Virus record (IMG/VR): IMGVR_UViG_3300027896_000033
Location: 3,351 to 67,350 of that record
DNA: 64,000 nucleotides
Direction: 5' to 3' (one strand)
From: a virus
The translations under genes and the position numbers were made by a program. This document shows, piece after piece, positions 1 through 9,054 of this stretch; the first letter of the stretch is position 1, and every line of letters starts with the position of its first letter. The notes under the pieces are model-generated. The model was given only the letters and a program-made list of their open reading frames with translations, was not told where the DNA came from and made no database searches.

Positions 1-838
1 CAGAAAAATTGGAATTAGCATATGTATATGTTGCAGCAATTGAACCATTAGGAAGGCTACCAAGTTGTGTACTTACAACTGAAAAGGTCGTACCACCTGT
101 AAGAATAGTGCATGTGATTGTATCATCAATAGTGCCTATGTTATCAAGTGTTAATCCAGTTTGGTCACATGTTCCTCCGGTTGATGTCACTGTCCATCCT
201 GTTACATGTGCTTGTATATTGCCTAAAGGTAATAAACTCGATATTTTAGCATTGTTAGAAACTTGATATGCATGAGTTGTCGGAGTACTAATCCCAACTA
301 ACATATTCAGATCAGTTGTATTATCTATTGATGTTACAGTCATCCATTCTTCATTACCAGAGTCATTAGGAGTCAATTTGTCAGATATACGTATACTATC
401 ACCGACTTGAATAATTGATGATGCGCCTCCAACTAATAATTCTGAGTTTTCAACAGTGACTAGAATTGAAGAAGTGCTAATTGAAATACTATTAGTTAAT
501 AAAACTACCCCATACATACGAGTGGGTGTTATAGTTGCCTGAGTATCTGAAGCAGTGCCAAGAAAAATAGTAAAATAGTCTCCAGTAGCAGGAGTAGGCT
601 TATCAATCCATGCTTTTGAAGAGTACAGTATGTTACCAGCAGCATTCTCATTTTTGCAGAACAGTTTTCTATATACAGCACTGCCAATTGTACTTTCTTC
701 TTTTAATACATCATCAAAAAGATTATTAATGACATTACTGGAATCTAACTGTACATTACTTAAATAGCCTCCATTAGTTAGAGAGTTATTAGTAACTATT
801 GATTTATATAATTTAAGATCAATTGTTTGTATTTGCAT
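1..838 (-). CDS. Putative tail/virion structural protein, 3' end truncated by window edge (not in ORF track)
   Basis: Open minus frame from ATG at 838: MQIQTIDLKLYKSIVTNNSLTNGGYLS...NNLFDDVLKEESTIGSAVYRKLFCKNEN...; Thr/Ser-rich beta-type composition; TAAAACAT box at 876-883. Confidence 0.7.
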   Translation of the reverse strand, partial: MQIQTIDLKLYKSIVTNNSLTNGGYLSNVQLDSSNVINNLFDDVLKEESTIGSAVYRKLFCKNENAAGNILYSSKAWIDKPTPATGDYFTIFLGTASDTQATITPTRMYGVVLLTNSISISTSSILVTVENSELLVGGASSIIQVGDSIRISDKLTPNDSGNEEWMTVTSIDNTTDLNMLVGISTPTTHAYQVSNNAKISSLLPLGNIQAHVTGWTVTSTGGTCDQTGLTLDNIGTIDDTITCTILTGGTTFSVVSTQLGSLPNGSIAATYTYANSNFS

Positions 839-875
839 GAGATTCTCTGTAAAGTTGAAAACTTTTAACTTATTG

Positions 876-883
876 ATGTTTTA
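876..883 (-). promoter_or_regulatory. Putative late promoter box TAAAACAT
   Basis: Exact motif 37 nt upstream of the structural gene starting at 838. Confidence 0.7.
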
Positions 884-921
884 TGTTGTAGGAGATTCAG
901 AATCACTAATTTAAAATATCC

Positions 922-950
922 TTGCACTCATTAGGTAAATATGTTAGATG
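922..950 (+). promoter_or_regulatory. Possible sigma70-type early promoter
   Basis: TTGCAC-N17-TAGATG with extended -10 TG; -10 is imperfect. Confidence 0.45.
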
Positions 951-983
951 TTTAAAAACTATAAAAATAAGGAGATGATTAGT

Positions 984-1493
984 ATGAAGGAGAATGTAAA
1001 AAATAAATTAGATAGTGAAACTAAATTCTTGTTGCATCTCTTAGAGATCTCTATATCTATAGCGGTAACAGCTCACCGAGGGCAGTTTGATAAAGCAGGG
1101 ATCCCTTACATATTACACCCTCTTAGAATAATGGGAGGTGCTAAAAGACTTAAAGAAAAAATTGTAGGGGTAATGCATGATACTATTGAGGATACAGATG
1201 AATGGTCTGAACTTAATGTAACATTCGAATATTTACGTGAAAATGGGTTCACCGAAGAACTAATTGAAGCTATTGATAGTGTAACTCATCGTGAAAATGA
1301 ATCGTATGAGGATTATATACAGAGAGCAAAAGCTAACCCCATTGGAAGAAAAATAAAAATATTGGATCTAAGAGACAACAGTGATATTTTTAGATTGCAT
1401 GAGGTAGAGGATAAACATTTAAGACAAATGAAAAGATATCATGCTGCAATGCTTGAATTAAGAAAAGATGGGCAAGTTTATATAACAAGGTAA
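984..1493 (+). CDS. Small HD-domain hydrolase, SpoT/Mesh1 (p)ppGpp-hydrolase-like
   Basis: AHRGQFDKAGIPYILHPLRIM, HDTIED, KILDLRDN motifs; start moved to 984 after the AAGGAG RBS. Confidence 0.8.
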   Translation: MKENVKNKLDSETKFLLHLLEISISIAVTAHRGQFDKAGIPYILHPLRIMGGAKRLKEKIVGVMHDTIEDTDEWSELNVTFEYLRENGFTEELIEAIDSVTHRENESYEDYIQRAKANPIGRKIKILDLRDNSDIFRLHEVEDKHLRQMKRYHAAMLELRKDGQVYITR

Positions 1494-1498
1494 GAAAA

Positions 1499-1765
1499 AT
1501 GAAAAGACACGAATTTTTAGAACTAGTAAAGTGCTACATTGAGACTGACCCTGAAGCGGCTGCATACGTATCGGATCATGTTCAATTAGGTTTAAGTGCA
1601 GCATTAACAGAAGCTAGAGAACGTGCGGCTGATATGGAAATTGCACTAGCTACTTTAGCGTCAAAGAAAACAAAAAATAGTGATCATTTTGTAAATGAGG
1701 TTCTCGGGAGGTGGAAAGGTAAGACATCTTTAAAATGGGATTGGTTAGAAGACGAATTAAAATAA
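1499..1765 (+). CDS. Hypothetical protein
   Basis: 88-aa ORF packed in the early operon. Confidence 0.7.
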   Translation: MKRHEFLELVKCYIETDPEAAAYVSDHVQLGLSAALTEARERAADMEIALATLASKKTKNSDHFVNEVLGRWKGKTSLKWDWLEDELK

Positions 1766-1781
1766 AAGGAGAAAACCAAAA

Positions 1782-2630
1782 ATGACAAAAACAAGAAGCA
1801 GAGATACATACACTTCAAATCTTCCGGAAGCTCTTATTTTATATTTATTTGAACATAAAGAGTGTTCGTTAATTGAATTTTTATTTCATTACATTTTGTA
1901 CTTGCATCCCACTAGGAGAATTAACCATAAATCACTTTATGCTATTGTGCTTACCGAATTTAATCCCGATATCCCTTTTAGTAGTCTAACTGGAAGAATG
2001 GCAGACTTAATGAGCACCCCAGGGATGACTTCTTTATTATCTCTTCAAAAAGAAACAGGTCTAAACTCTAAAGAATATATGTATGTTAGAAGGGATACTT
2101 CAAAGGAATCGATAATAGCATTTTCAGATGTACAAGATCATTTGAAAACTCTTGCATCAAAAGGTAATTTTAAACAAGAAGAAAATAAACAAGCAAAAGT
2201 ATGTGCATTACAAAATCCTCTTAAAATGGCAATTAATGAAGAGGATCGAGATTTCAAAATAATGGTGAGTATTGCAAAAAATATTGATGCACTTCTCCCT
2301 GATACTGTAAAAATATGTTTATTGCTTATGAGTCTGCCTAAATTTTTTACGGCAACTGATATAGCAATAGGTAATTGTTTAGGGGTCACATCTTGCCAAC
2401 CGAGAATATGGGAATTTGTCAATGCACTTGCTAACCACCCTGAGTATATAGGTAATGTCACATATGTTAATAGCATTGTTCGAATACATATTGACCCTAG
2501 CGAATGGCATATGACAACAGAAGAATGCATAGCATTAATTAATGCATGTAAAAAACAGACTACAATTAACAATAGAATGATGTCAGATATAGCTGAAAGT
2601 CGAACAAGTGCTGGGTTCGGTTTTAAATAA
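1782..2630 (+). CDS. Hypothetical protein
   Basis: 282-aa ORF with AGGAG RBS. Confidence 0.75.
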   Translation: MTKTRSRDTYTSNLPEALILYLFEHKECSLIEFLFHYILYLHPTRRINHKSLYAIVLTEFNPDIPFSSLTGRMADLMSTPGMTSLLSLQKETGLNSKEYMYVRRDTSKESIIAFSDVQDHLKTLASKGNFKQEENKQAKVCALQNPLKMAINEEDRDFKIMVSIAKNIDALLPDTVKICLLLMSLPKFFTATDIAIGNCLGVTSCQPRIWEFVNALANHPEYIGNVTYVNSIVRIHIDPSEWHMTTEECIALINACKKQTTINNRMMSDIAESRTSAGFGFK

Positions 2631-2637
2631 ATTTTTG

Positions 2638-2666
2638 TTGCATTTATTTTAAAAATAGTGTATAGT
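2638..2666 (+). promoter_or_regulatory. Sigma70-type early promoter
   Basis: TTGCAT-N17-TATAGT. Confidence 0.7.
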
Positions 2667-2715
2667 TATTCTTAATTGAATGAGTATACACTATTCTATT
2701 TTAAAGGAGAACAAT

Positions 2716-3738
2716 ATGAATTTGTACGATATTAAAGAGGGTCTTGAAGACGGAAGTATTGTTCTCGATATAAATGGGCATAGTAATATAGAGTATATTA
2801 CTAAGATGATTCTACATAAAATTAATTGGAATATTGATTCAATTGAAACGAATGGAGCAAACTGGAACCGACCTGATAATGAAAAACCTGGAAATTTGCT
2901 AAGAATAAATCCAAAAGATGAAAAATTAATACTGTATTATATGAGACAACTTGAATTTGAGTACGGTATTATGGATTACATTTGGGATATAGATGCTGTT
3001 GAATGTGGTAACTGCGGTGAACGTTTACATGTTTTCATAAAAGATCAACATACATTAGTACTCTATGGAATAGAGTACTTAAATGCATCGTTAAAAGATT
3101 TCAGTAAAACTATTATTAAAGATTGTTGTATGTGTGCTACACAACCACCTACAAAAGTACATATTAATGTAAATTCACCACTATATTTCTGTAATCACTT
3201 TGGGGATTTTCCAGAATGTCCTACAGATAATGATGAATCTGAGTACGATAGAGCGTTCAATCTTAATACATGGATTGGTGTGTTGAATAGAACTAAGTAT
3301 CTCGCACATCAAAATATTGGGTACTGCCAAGTCGGAAATACAAGTATTGAAATTTATCTTAGAAAAGATAAAAAGAAAATTATTGTAGCTGAATGGGCGA
3401 ACTCAGTGATAGAAGACTATGAGTATAAAATTCAAGATCCTGAAAGTACTTTCGTTCCTACTGATGAAGAGACACGTATGTACACAGAGTTTAACAAAAA
3501 ATTTGAAGCGTATGATTTAATAGGCACTATTTCACTTGGAGTTTGGAGATGGATGTGTGCTGATTTTGACACCATCAAAAAGCATGGTTTAAAAATCGAT
3601 AATGACATTAAGTACATGAGTGATGAAGTCGTTGTGTGCGATGCTGCTCATGGAAAATGGGAAATAACAAACTACGAACATTCAGATATAGCTAAGTTTG
3701 ACGGCTATACTGTTTCAGAAATGGAGCTTGTAAAATGA
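2716..3738 (+). CDS. Hypothetical protein with CxxC motif
   Basis: Long ORF; AAGGAG RBS before ATG 2716; CGNCGE. Confidence 0.75.
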   Translation: MNLYDIKEGLEDGSIVLDINGHSNIEYITKMILHKINWNIDSIETNGANWNRPDNEKPGNLLRINPKDEKLILYYMRQLEFEYGIMDYIWDIDAVECGNCGERLHVFIKDQHTLVLYGIEYLNASLKDFSKTIIKDCCMCATQPPTKVHINVNSPLYFCNHFGDFPECPTDNDESEYDRAFNLNTWIGVLNRTKYLAHQNIGYCQVGNTSIEIYLRKDKKKIIVAEWANSVIEDYEYKIQDPESTFVPTDEETRMYTEFNKKFEAYDLIGTISLGVWRWMCADFDTIKKHGLKIDNDIKYMSDEVVVCDAAHGKWEITNYEHSDIAKFDGYTVSEMELVK

Positions 3739-4019
3739 GTGTATATATATTTGCTAAAAGTATTGAACACTTTAATAAATTATATCCTTTGTTTTATTTT
3801 TGCGAACCATTTATATTTGTTGCAAATATCGAAGATTTTAGTCATTATGATAAAAATACCGATGCACTTGGATTCCATGAAGGGTATGAAGAGAATAAAG
3901 CCTACAATAAATCTTTAGTCGGTGCTCTATTAACTACAATTCATTTTGATGGAGAATCGAATAAATTTATAACAAAAAAGTTTAATTACTTATACGAACA
4001 TTATGAGCAAAACATATAG
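3735..4019 (+). CDS. Hypothetical protein
   Basis: ATGA-coupled to the upstream ORF. Confidence 0.65.
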   Translation: MSVYIFAKSIEHFNKLYPLFYFCEPFIFVANIEDFSHYDKNTDALGFHEGYEENKAYNKSLVGALLTTIHFDGESNKFITKKFNYLYEHYEQNI

Positions 4020-4887
4020 AAGATCTAAGAGTTTTTATGATTACGAGAGTGGTGTATGTGATAGATGCCAACAATTTTTAACTGATTGCGTTTGTAATGA
4101 TATTGCTGCTTTAAATAAAGGTGGATTTAATTTAGAAGAGAGTGGTATATGTGAAGAGTGTTTTCAATCTTTAGATAATTGCTTATGTAATCTGTATACT
4201 GATACTGAAGTCGATCACAATTACACCTATCCTGTACATTATGAAAAATTACAAGGTAAATCTTTCGAATTTGAAAAGTATGATGATATAATCTATAAAT
4301 ATGGAGTAATTAGCAATCCTTTTGAGTATGACAGTTTCGAAGATTTAAAAAAGAAGATAACTTCGAATCACTATACAATCGAGCATGTATATACAGGGTC
4401 ACACATATCAGTTATTGCCCCTCATGGAGGGTGTATCGAAGAAGGAACAACTGAACTTGCAAAAATGATTGCAGAAACTGAGTATAATTTTTATTCGTTT
4501 GTCGGCATAGGTAGAGAAGAAACAGATTTACATATCACAAGTCATAAATTCAATGAACCGACATGTATTAAATTAGTCGAACAGTCACATACTGTAATAT
4601 CAATACATGGGTGTCCAGGAATGGACGAGAAAATATATGTTGGTGGAAGAGATGCAAAATTAAAAAAGAAGGTAAGTAAAAAACTTTCACTTAAAGGTTT
4701 TAAAGTGTATACTGAAGGGCATATTTACCCTGGAACACATCCCGAAAACGTATGTAACTTAGGATTACGTAAAAAAGGATTACAGCTTGAATTTACTCAA
4801 GGTATTAGAAAAAATCAAGAGCATTTACGCACTATTTCAAAAGTAGTACATCAAGTTTTAGGGTCTTCTATTCGAACCAGGGCCTGA
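4003..4887 (+). CDS. Poly-gamma-glutamate hydrolase (PghP/DUF867)-like Zn peptidase with duplicated Cys-rich N-terminus
   Basis: VIAPHGGCIEEGTTELA, HITSHKFNEP, ISIHG, NVCN, GLQLE motifs; N-terminal CxxC-x6-CxC twice. Confidence 0.8.
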   Translation: MSKTYRRSKSFYDYESGVCDRCQQFLTDCVCNDIAALNKGGFNLEESGICEECFQSLDNCLCNLYTDTEVDHNYTYPVHYEKLQGKSFEFEKYDDIIYKYGVISNPFEYDSFEDLKKKITSNHYTIEHVYTGSHISVIAPHGGCIEEGTTELAKMIAETEYNFYSFVGIGREETDLHITSHKFNEPTCIKLVEQSHTVISIHGCPGMDEKIYVGGRDAKLKKKVSKKLSLKGFKVYTEGHIYPGTHPENVCNLGLRKKGLQLEFTQGIRKNQEHLRTISKVVHQVLGSSIRTRA

Positions 4888-5982
4888 ATAATCGCTACTA
4901 GGTATTAATGTTTTCACATAAATCGAAACATTTTTACCAGAAGGGCCCTTAACACTGCTTATTTCCTGAAAGCCTCTTGCTTTAGCTATTAATTTCATCT
5001 GTGGTGTTTTACTTGCAAACATTGCAGCTGATGAAGGTACCTGTGTTTCTATATGTTGTAAAGTTTTTTGCCCAAACCCCATATGTCTGTATTCGCCCAT
5101 GACTGTAAGGTGTTTTACTTCTGACATATACCAACCAACTTTATTTACTTCTCCTACTGCTACAGTAGTTTCACCACTTGAGGATTTAAGAGCATGAAAT
5201 GTTGAAGTTTCGGGGAACTTATAAAGACCTTGTGCTCCATACTGTGTCTCAATGAAGGTTTTTGCTGTAGAAGAGTGTACTTCTTGAAATCTCCCAGTTC
5301 CTACAGCTGGTGATTCTGGTCTTCCTGTAGCTACATGATTAGTACTTTGTGTAGATAGAGAAGCATGTTCTGAACTTGGGTCCAATGTTTTTATATATGT
5401 TGCTAAGTTATCCCCTGAACTACCTCGTGCATTACTAACTTCATTATATCCATTAGTATCCATTACTCTTTTTATTTGAGGGAGTTTTGAAACTAGCATC
5501 GCAAGAGGTGATTCAGTTTTTGATTCTAAATAAGTTAAAAGACCTCTCCCCAATCCAACTCCTCGAGAACCATTACCAACAACAACATGGCGTATTTCTG
5601 AAGTGTGCCATGAGAATCTATTTATTTCACCAGCTGCCTTTATATTACCATCAGATCCTGTAATACCAAAAAATTTAGTAGTACTAGGGTATGTAAAGCT
5701 CATAGGACTACCGTATTCGTGTTCTATGAAATTCTTTGCTTTTCGTACATCCTCCGGAGATGTAAGTTCTTTGTAATTATGCCCAGGAGGAAGTGTTGGC
5801 AGTGTCATGATTCGAGTACTTGGTGGGGTAGGTGCTGCGCCATGCTGTCCACCAGCTGGAGTGTCTCTATCAGCAACATGTACAGTTGCATTAACTACAC
5901 TAGTGTCTCCTGAACCACTAGTTCTAACATAGTTAGTTTCTCGTGGAGTTAATGGATGCGCTGATCCTGGTCGACCCGGCAT
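4858..5982 (-). CDS. Tandem GNAT acetyltransferase protein with low-complexity N-terminus
   Basis: Two homologous halves with acetyl-CoA motif A: SRGVGLGRGLL and YRHMGFGQKTL; TAAAATAT variant box at 6000-6007. Confidence 0.75.
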   Translation of the reverse strand: MPGRPGSAHPLTPRETNYVRTSGSGDTSVVNATVHVADRDTPAGGQHGAAPTPPSTRIMTLPTLPPGHNYKELTSPEDVRKAKNFIEHEYGSPMSFTYPSTTKFFGITGSDGNIKAAGEINRFSWHTSEIRHVVVGNGSRGVGLGRGLLTYLESKTESPLAMLVSKLPQIKRVMDTNGYNEVSNARGSSGDNLATYIKTLDPSSEHASLSTQSTNHVATGRPESPAVGTGRFQEVHSSTAKTFIETQYGAQGLYKFPETSTFHALKSSSGETTVAVGEVNKVGWYMSEVKHLTVMGEYRHMGFGQKTLQHIETQVPSSAAMFASKTPQMKLIAKARGFQEISSVKGPSGKNVSIYVKTLIPSSDYSGPGSNRRP

Positions 5983-6064
5983 AATTGAACCTTATTTAAA
6001 TATTTTATTGAAATCGTAAAAGATTACGAAATAAATACTTTATCACACAATAATTCGTATATTC

Positions 6065-6535
6065 TTACGATTTCCACAATACGATTTCTGCATTTCTTCG
6101 ATTAAGAAGGCCCTGATTTACTTCACCATTAGCATGTGTCCATCGTAGCATTTGAGTAGGTACATCATTATATTTTCGTTGATTTAATACTGTTAATAAA
6201 GTACTTGTTTTAAAAGCATGTGCCCCTACATTAAAAGTAAAATCTACTAATGCATTAAATTGATTCTGCGTAAGAGGTACTTTTACTAATGCATTAACAC
6301 AATTCACAGCAAATGCTACATCTTGTTTATTTAAATTTTGGCATTGCTCTAAAGTTAAACCGTTTTTGTAATGAACTTGTTCTCCATTAATATTGATTAC
6401 ATTAGAACTTTTTTCAGCATCAGTAAGTAAATGACCTATACCAATAGTTGGATACCCATTACTATCATTGTATGTTTGTGTTTTACAACCTTCGGCTTTA
6501 CATAAGAAATCAAAAAACGTTTTATCAGTTTCCAT
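6065..6535 (-). CDS. Phage lysozyme (GH24) endolysin
   Basis: E-x8-D-x5-T catalytic triad EGCKTQTYNDSNGYPTIGIGH; QNQFNALVDFTFNVG; GLLNRRNAE. Confidence 0.93.
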   Translation of the reverse strand: METDKTFFDFLCKAEGCKTQTYNDSNGYPTIGIGHLLTDAEKSSNVININGEQVHYKNGLTLEQCQNLNKQDVAFAVNCVNALVKVPLTQNQFNALVDFTFNVGAHAFKTSTLLTVLNQRKYNDVPTQMLRWTHANGEVNQGLLNRRNAEIVLWKS

Positions 6536-6562
6536 AGTATACTCCTATTTTGTATGTATACT

Positions 6563-6570
6563 ATGTTTTA
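6563..6570 (-). promoter_or_regulatory. Putative late promoter box TAAAACAT
   Basis: 27 nt upstream of the endolysin start. Confidence 0.75.
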
Positions 6571-6575
6571 TTATC

Positions 6576-6604
6576 TTGCTTATTATGAATAGATGCAGTA
6601 CTAT
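6576..6604 (+). promoter_or_regulatory. Sigma70-type promoter for HU
   Basis: TTGCTT-N17-TACTAT. Confidence 0.55.
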
Positions 6605-6675
6605 TACATTTTGAAGTGCAATAGTATTATATGTTTAAAGTAGTTTAACGGTTAATTTTATTAAAAAGGTGAGAA

Positions 6676-6939
6676 ATGAATAAAACAGAATTGATTGAAT
6701 CTGTATCAAGTACTACTGATACGAAAGCAGAAAAAGTAGTTAATGCAGTTTTCGAGGCATTTGTTGCAGAGTTGAAAAAGGGAGGGGATATTACTATTAA
6801 GGGATTTGGATCCTTTTCCGTTAAAGAAACGGCAGCTCGCAAAGGCCGGAATCCTAAAACAGGTGAATCAATCTCTATCCCCGCTGGAAAGAAAGTGTCT
6901 TTTAAAGTAAGTCCTACATTGAAAGAAGTACTGAAATAA
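6676..6939 (+). CDS. hup: HU family DNA-binding protein
   Basis: MNKTELI, GFGSFSVKETAARKGRNPKTGESISIPA, FKVSPTLKE. Confidence 0.95.
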   Translation: MNKTELIESVSSTTDTKAEKVVNAVFEAFVAELKKGGDITIKGFGSFSVKETAARKGRNPKTGESISIPAGKKVSFKVSPTLKEVLK

Positions 6940-6954
6940 ATTACAGTTTCTACG

Positions 6955-6995
6955 TAAAAAGCCTCTATGTAAGTTGATTACATAGAGGCTTTTTA
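6955..6995. terminator. Bidirectional intrinsic terminator
   Basis: taaaaagcctctatgtaa-gttga-ttacatagaggcttttta perfect stem with A/T tracts, between convergent genes. Confidence 0.9.
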
Positions 6996-7005
6996 TTTAC
7001 AAAAA

Positions 7006-7788
7006 TTATATTTTGTTATGATTTTTTAAAACAACATTAATACTATCTTTCCATCTTATTTTTGGGTTATCTTTAAGTTGTTCATACATCCATAATATTA
7101 ATTCATCTCTTTGAAAAGAATGTACTAAAGAAATAGCTTCCGCAATCTCAGAATTAGTTATAGTTATTCTAAGATCTGCTTTATTCATTTTCCCTATCCA
7201 AATAGTATCAGTGACATGAGGGTCTACAGCTTTTACAACTTCAATAGCACTATGTACTCCTGATAGCATTGGTTCAATAGATACCGATGTACTGTAATTG
7301 AGTGCGTTTGTTACTTGCAAACATTCAATCCTTTCTTTTGGTGTGGATGCACCTGGTTCCCAAAAAGCACAAAGTTCTGCATTAATACTACCAATAGTAA
7401 ATCTAAATAAAATTTGATTTCTCCAATTATATAGATGTAATGCTATTTTTTCAATACACTCTATTCTGGGTTTGCTAACAATCAATAATTTATTACCTTT
7501 AGCTAACATTAATTGAGCAACCTCAATAAATTTATCAACATTAAAAGGAGTTATATCATGAGAACTTGGAAACATGATTACACCATCTTTAGCTGGATAG
7601 GATTTTATATTAGCTCTCTTAGTAAATTCTTCATTAGCCCATTCAGAACGTGGTTTAGTTCCAAATCTATCAGCATTGTGTGCAGCGTAGCAATAGAGAC
7701 AATTATTTGCACAACCTAAACAGATATTTTCAGTAGTATCGGCCCATTCCATTGTACCGGTACCTTTTCTTTTAGCATCGAAATCCAT
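7006..7788 (-). CDS. Radical SAM protein (phage Gp37/Gp68, DUF5131-like)
   Basis: GTMEWAD..NICLGCANNCLYCYA (CxxxCxxC); SVSIEPML; WIGKMN. Confidence 0.75.
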   Translation of the reverse strand: MDFDAKRKGTGTMEWADTTENICLGCANNCLYCYAAHNADRFGTKPRSEWANEEFTKRANIKSYPAKDGVIMFPSSHDITPFNVDKFIEVAQLMLAKGNKLLIVSKPRIECIEKIALHLYNWRNQILFRFTIGSINAELCAFWEPGASTPKERIECLQVTNALNYSTSVSIEPMLSGVHSAIEVVKAVDPHVTDTIWIGKMNKADLRITITNSEIAEAISLVHSFQRDELILWMYEQLKDNPKIRWKDSINVVLKNHNKI

Positions 7789-7804
7789 TTTATTAGCCTT
7801 TTTG

Positions 7805-7963
7805 TTAATCGTCTAAATCTTCTTCTATTTTCTTTATACCTTTCGCAGTATTTTCCAAAAGGTGATCTTCTCCTTCCATTAATTTTAACGGAAGTTTTAC
7901 AACATCGACAGCTATCCTGAGAGGCATCGAAACAACATCAACAAGTGCATTAAAAAGACCCAT
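7805..7963 (-). CDS. Small 52-aa hypothetical protein (not in ORF track)
   Basis: MGLFNALVDVVSMPLRIAVDVVKLPLKLMEGEDHLLENTAKGIKKIEEDLDD; GAGGAG RBS. Confidence 0.65.
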   Translation of the reverse strand: MGLFNALVDVVSMPLRIAVDVVKLPLKLMEGEDHLLENTAKGIKKIEEDLDD

Positions 7964-8113
7964 TATCTACTCCTCATTTTTGAAAATTTCCATTACATTT
8001 TATACTATTTAACAGGGATTCTTTTGTAGTTATAATCCCATCTAATGCATCTTTAGATATTTTCTGTATATCATCAAGTACTAAACTTGGAATACATGTT
8101 CTATAACAAAGAA

Positions 8114-8395
8114 TTAATTTCGATGCATTACGTAAAAATCATTATTTACAGGAAAAATTAAATGAGGGAAGATGCTTACTTTGTCTTTAAACGCACTACG
8201 GTAATCGTCAATCGGTTTACCGTATAAGAAATGTTTAACATTAGTGACTTTTAACGTAACTCGCCCTGTTTTAGTTTCTTGTATTGCAGTACCCACTAAT
8301 GTATGCGCAAAGCCACTTTTGCTAATAGAATAGCCATAGGAATTTCCTACAATTATTTTATCTCCTAATGCATCAATAATATTCAATGTTTCCAT
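8114..8395 (-). CDS. Hypothetical protein
   Basis: 93-aa ORF in minus-strand operon. Confidence 0.65.
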   Translation of the reverse strand: METLNIIDALGDKIIVGNSYGYSISKSGFAHTLVGTAIQETKTGRVTLKVTNVKHFLYGKPIDDYRSAFKDKVSIFPHLIFPVNNDFYVMHRN

Positions 8396-8404
8396 AAATG
8401 CTCT

Positions 8405-9046
8405 TTAATCCCAGAGTCCAGAATAGTAGAATCCAAAAAGCCTTAAACCGTTTTGGATTCTATCGCTATGCTTTTTATATCCTTCCTTATCAAATGTATG
8501 TGTATCTTTCGGCCCATTTACCATTTCGAATAATGAAGGTTCTCCTTTGTCATCAAACTTAATAGGATTAAACTGCATATCGATTTCTCCTGTGTGATAC
8601 AGGTCTTCCCAATTATTATCGGGGTGTATTTGACTAAATGTCCAAATAATTTCATCTAAAACCCAATCCCATCTTTTAAAATGGAGGTCGTCAGTATCAT
8701 ACTCATTTTCTTTAGGAGGTGCATTGTATGATCTTAATTCTTCTGGAACATCAGAATCTTCAGTAAAAGGTGCTCCGTGTTGTTGTTCTTTTAATTTAAT
8801 TAATGCTGGGAGTATGACGTAAGCAAGTGTCGCATCAAGATTCCAGACATCATAATTATCGATATGTACCTTTACTTTTCTTTTCCTTTTTGAATCAATC
8901 CATTGACATACTGACAATACCCAAGTATCTGCTAACCATTCTCCTATAGCATGACATCGATCTTCTGACACACCTACTTTTTGAAGCTGATCAGCTAACT
9001 GAAAAGGTCCTACCCAAGAGCGAAATGGCCCTAGAAAAATTTTCAT
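8405..9046 (-). CDS. Conserved large-phage hypothetical protein
   Basis: KVHIDNYDVWNLDATLAYVILPAL...WDWVLDEIIWTF...GLRLFGFYYSGLWD, a pattern typical of large-phage proteins. Confidence 0.75.
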   Translation of the reverse strand: MKIFLGPFRSWVGPFQLADQLQKVGVSEDRCHAIGEWLADTWVLSVCQWIDSKRKRKVKVHIDNYDVWNLDATLAYVILPALIKLKEQQHGAPFTEDSDVPEELRSYNAPPKENEYDTDDLHFKRWDWVLDEIIWTFSQIHPDNNWEDLYHTGEIDMQFNPIKFDDKGEPSLFEMVNGPKDTHTFDKEGYKKHSDRIQNGLRLFGFYYSGLWD

Positions 9047-9054
9047 TTTACATC

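Noticed and set aside
9-266. Plus-strand 85-aa ORF
   Set aside because: Shadow of the longer minus-strand gene 838-1
7975-8140. Open minus-strand frame between the 52-aa and 93-aa genes
   Set aside because: No start codon or RBS after the preceding in-frame stop; at most a gene remnant
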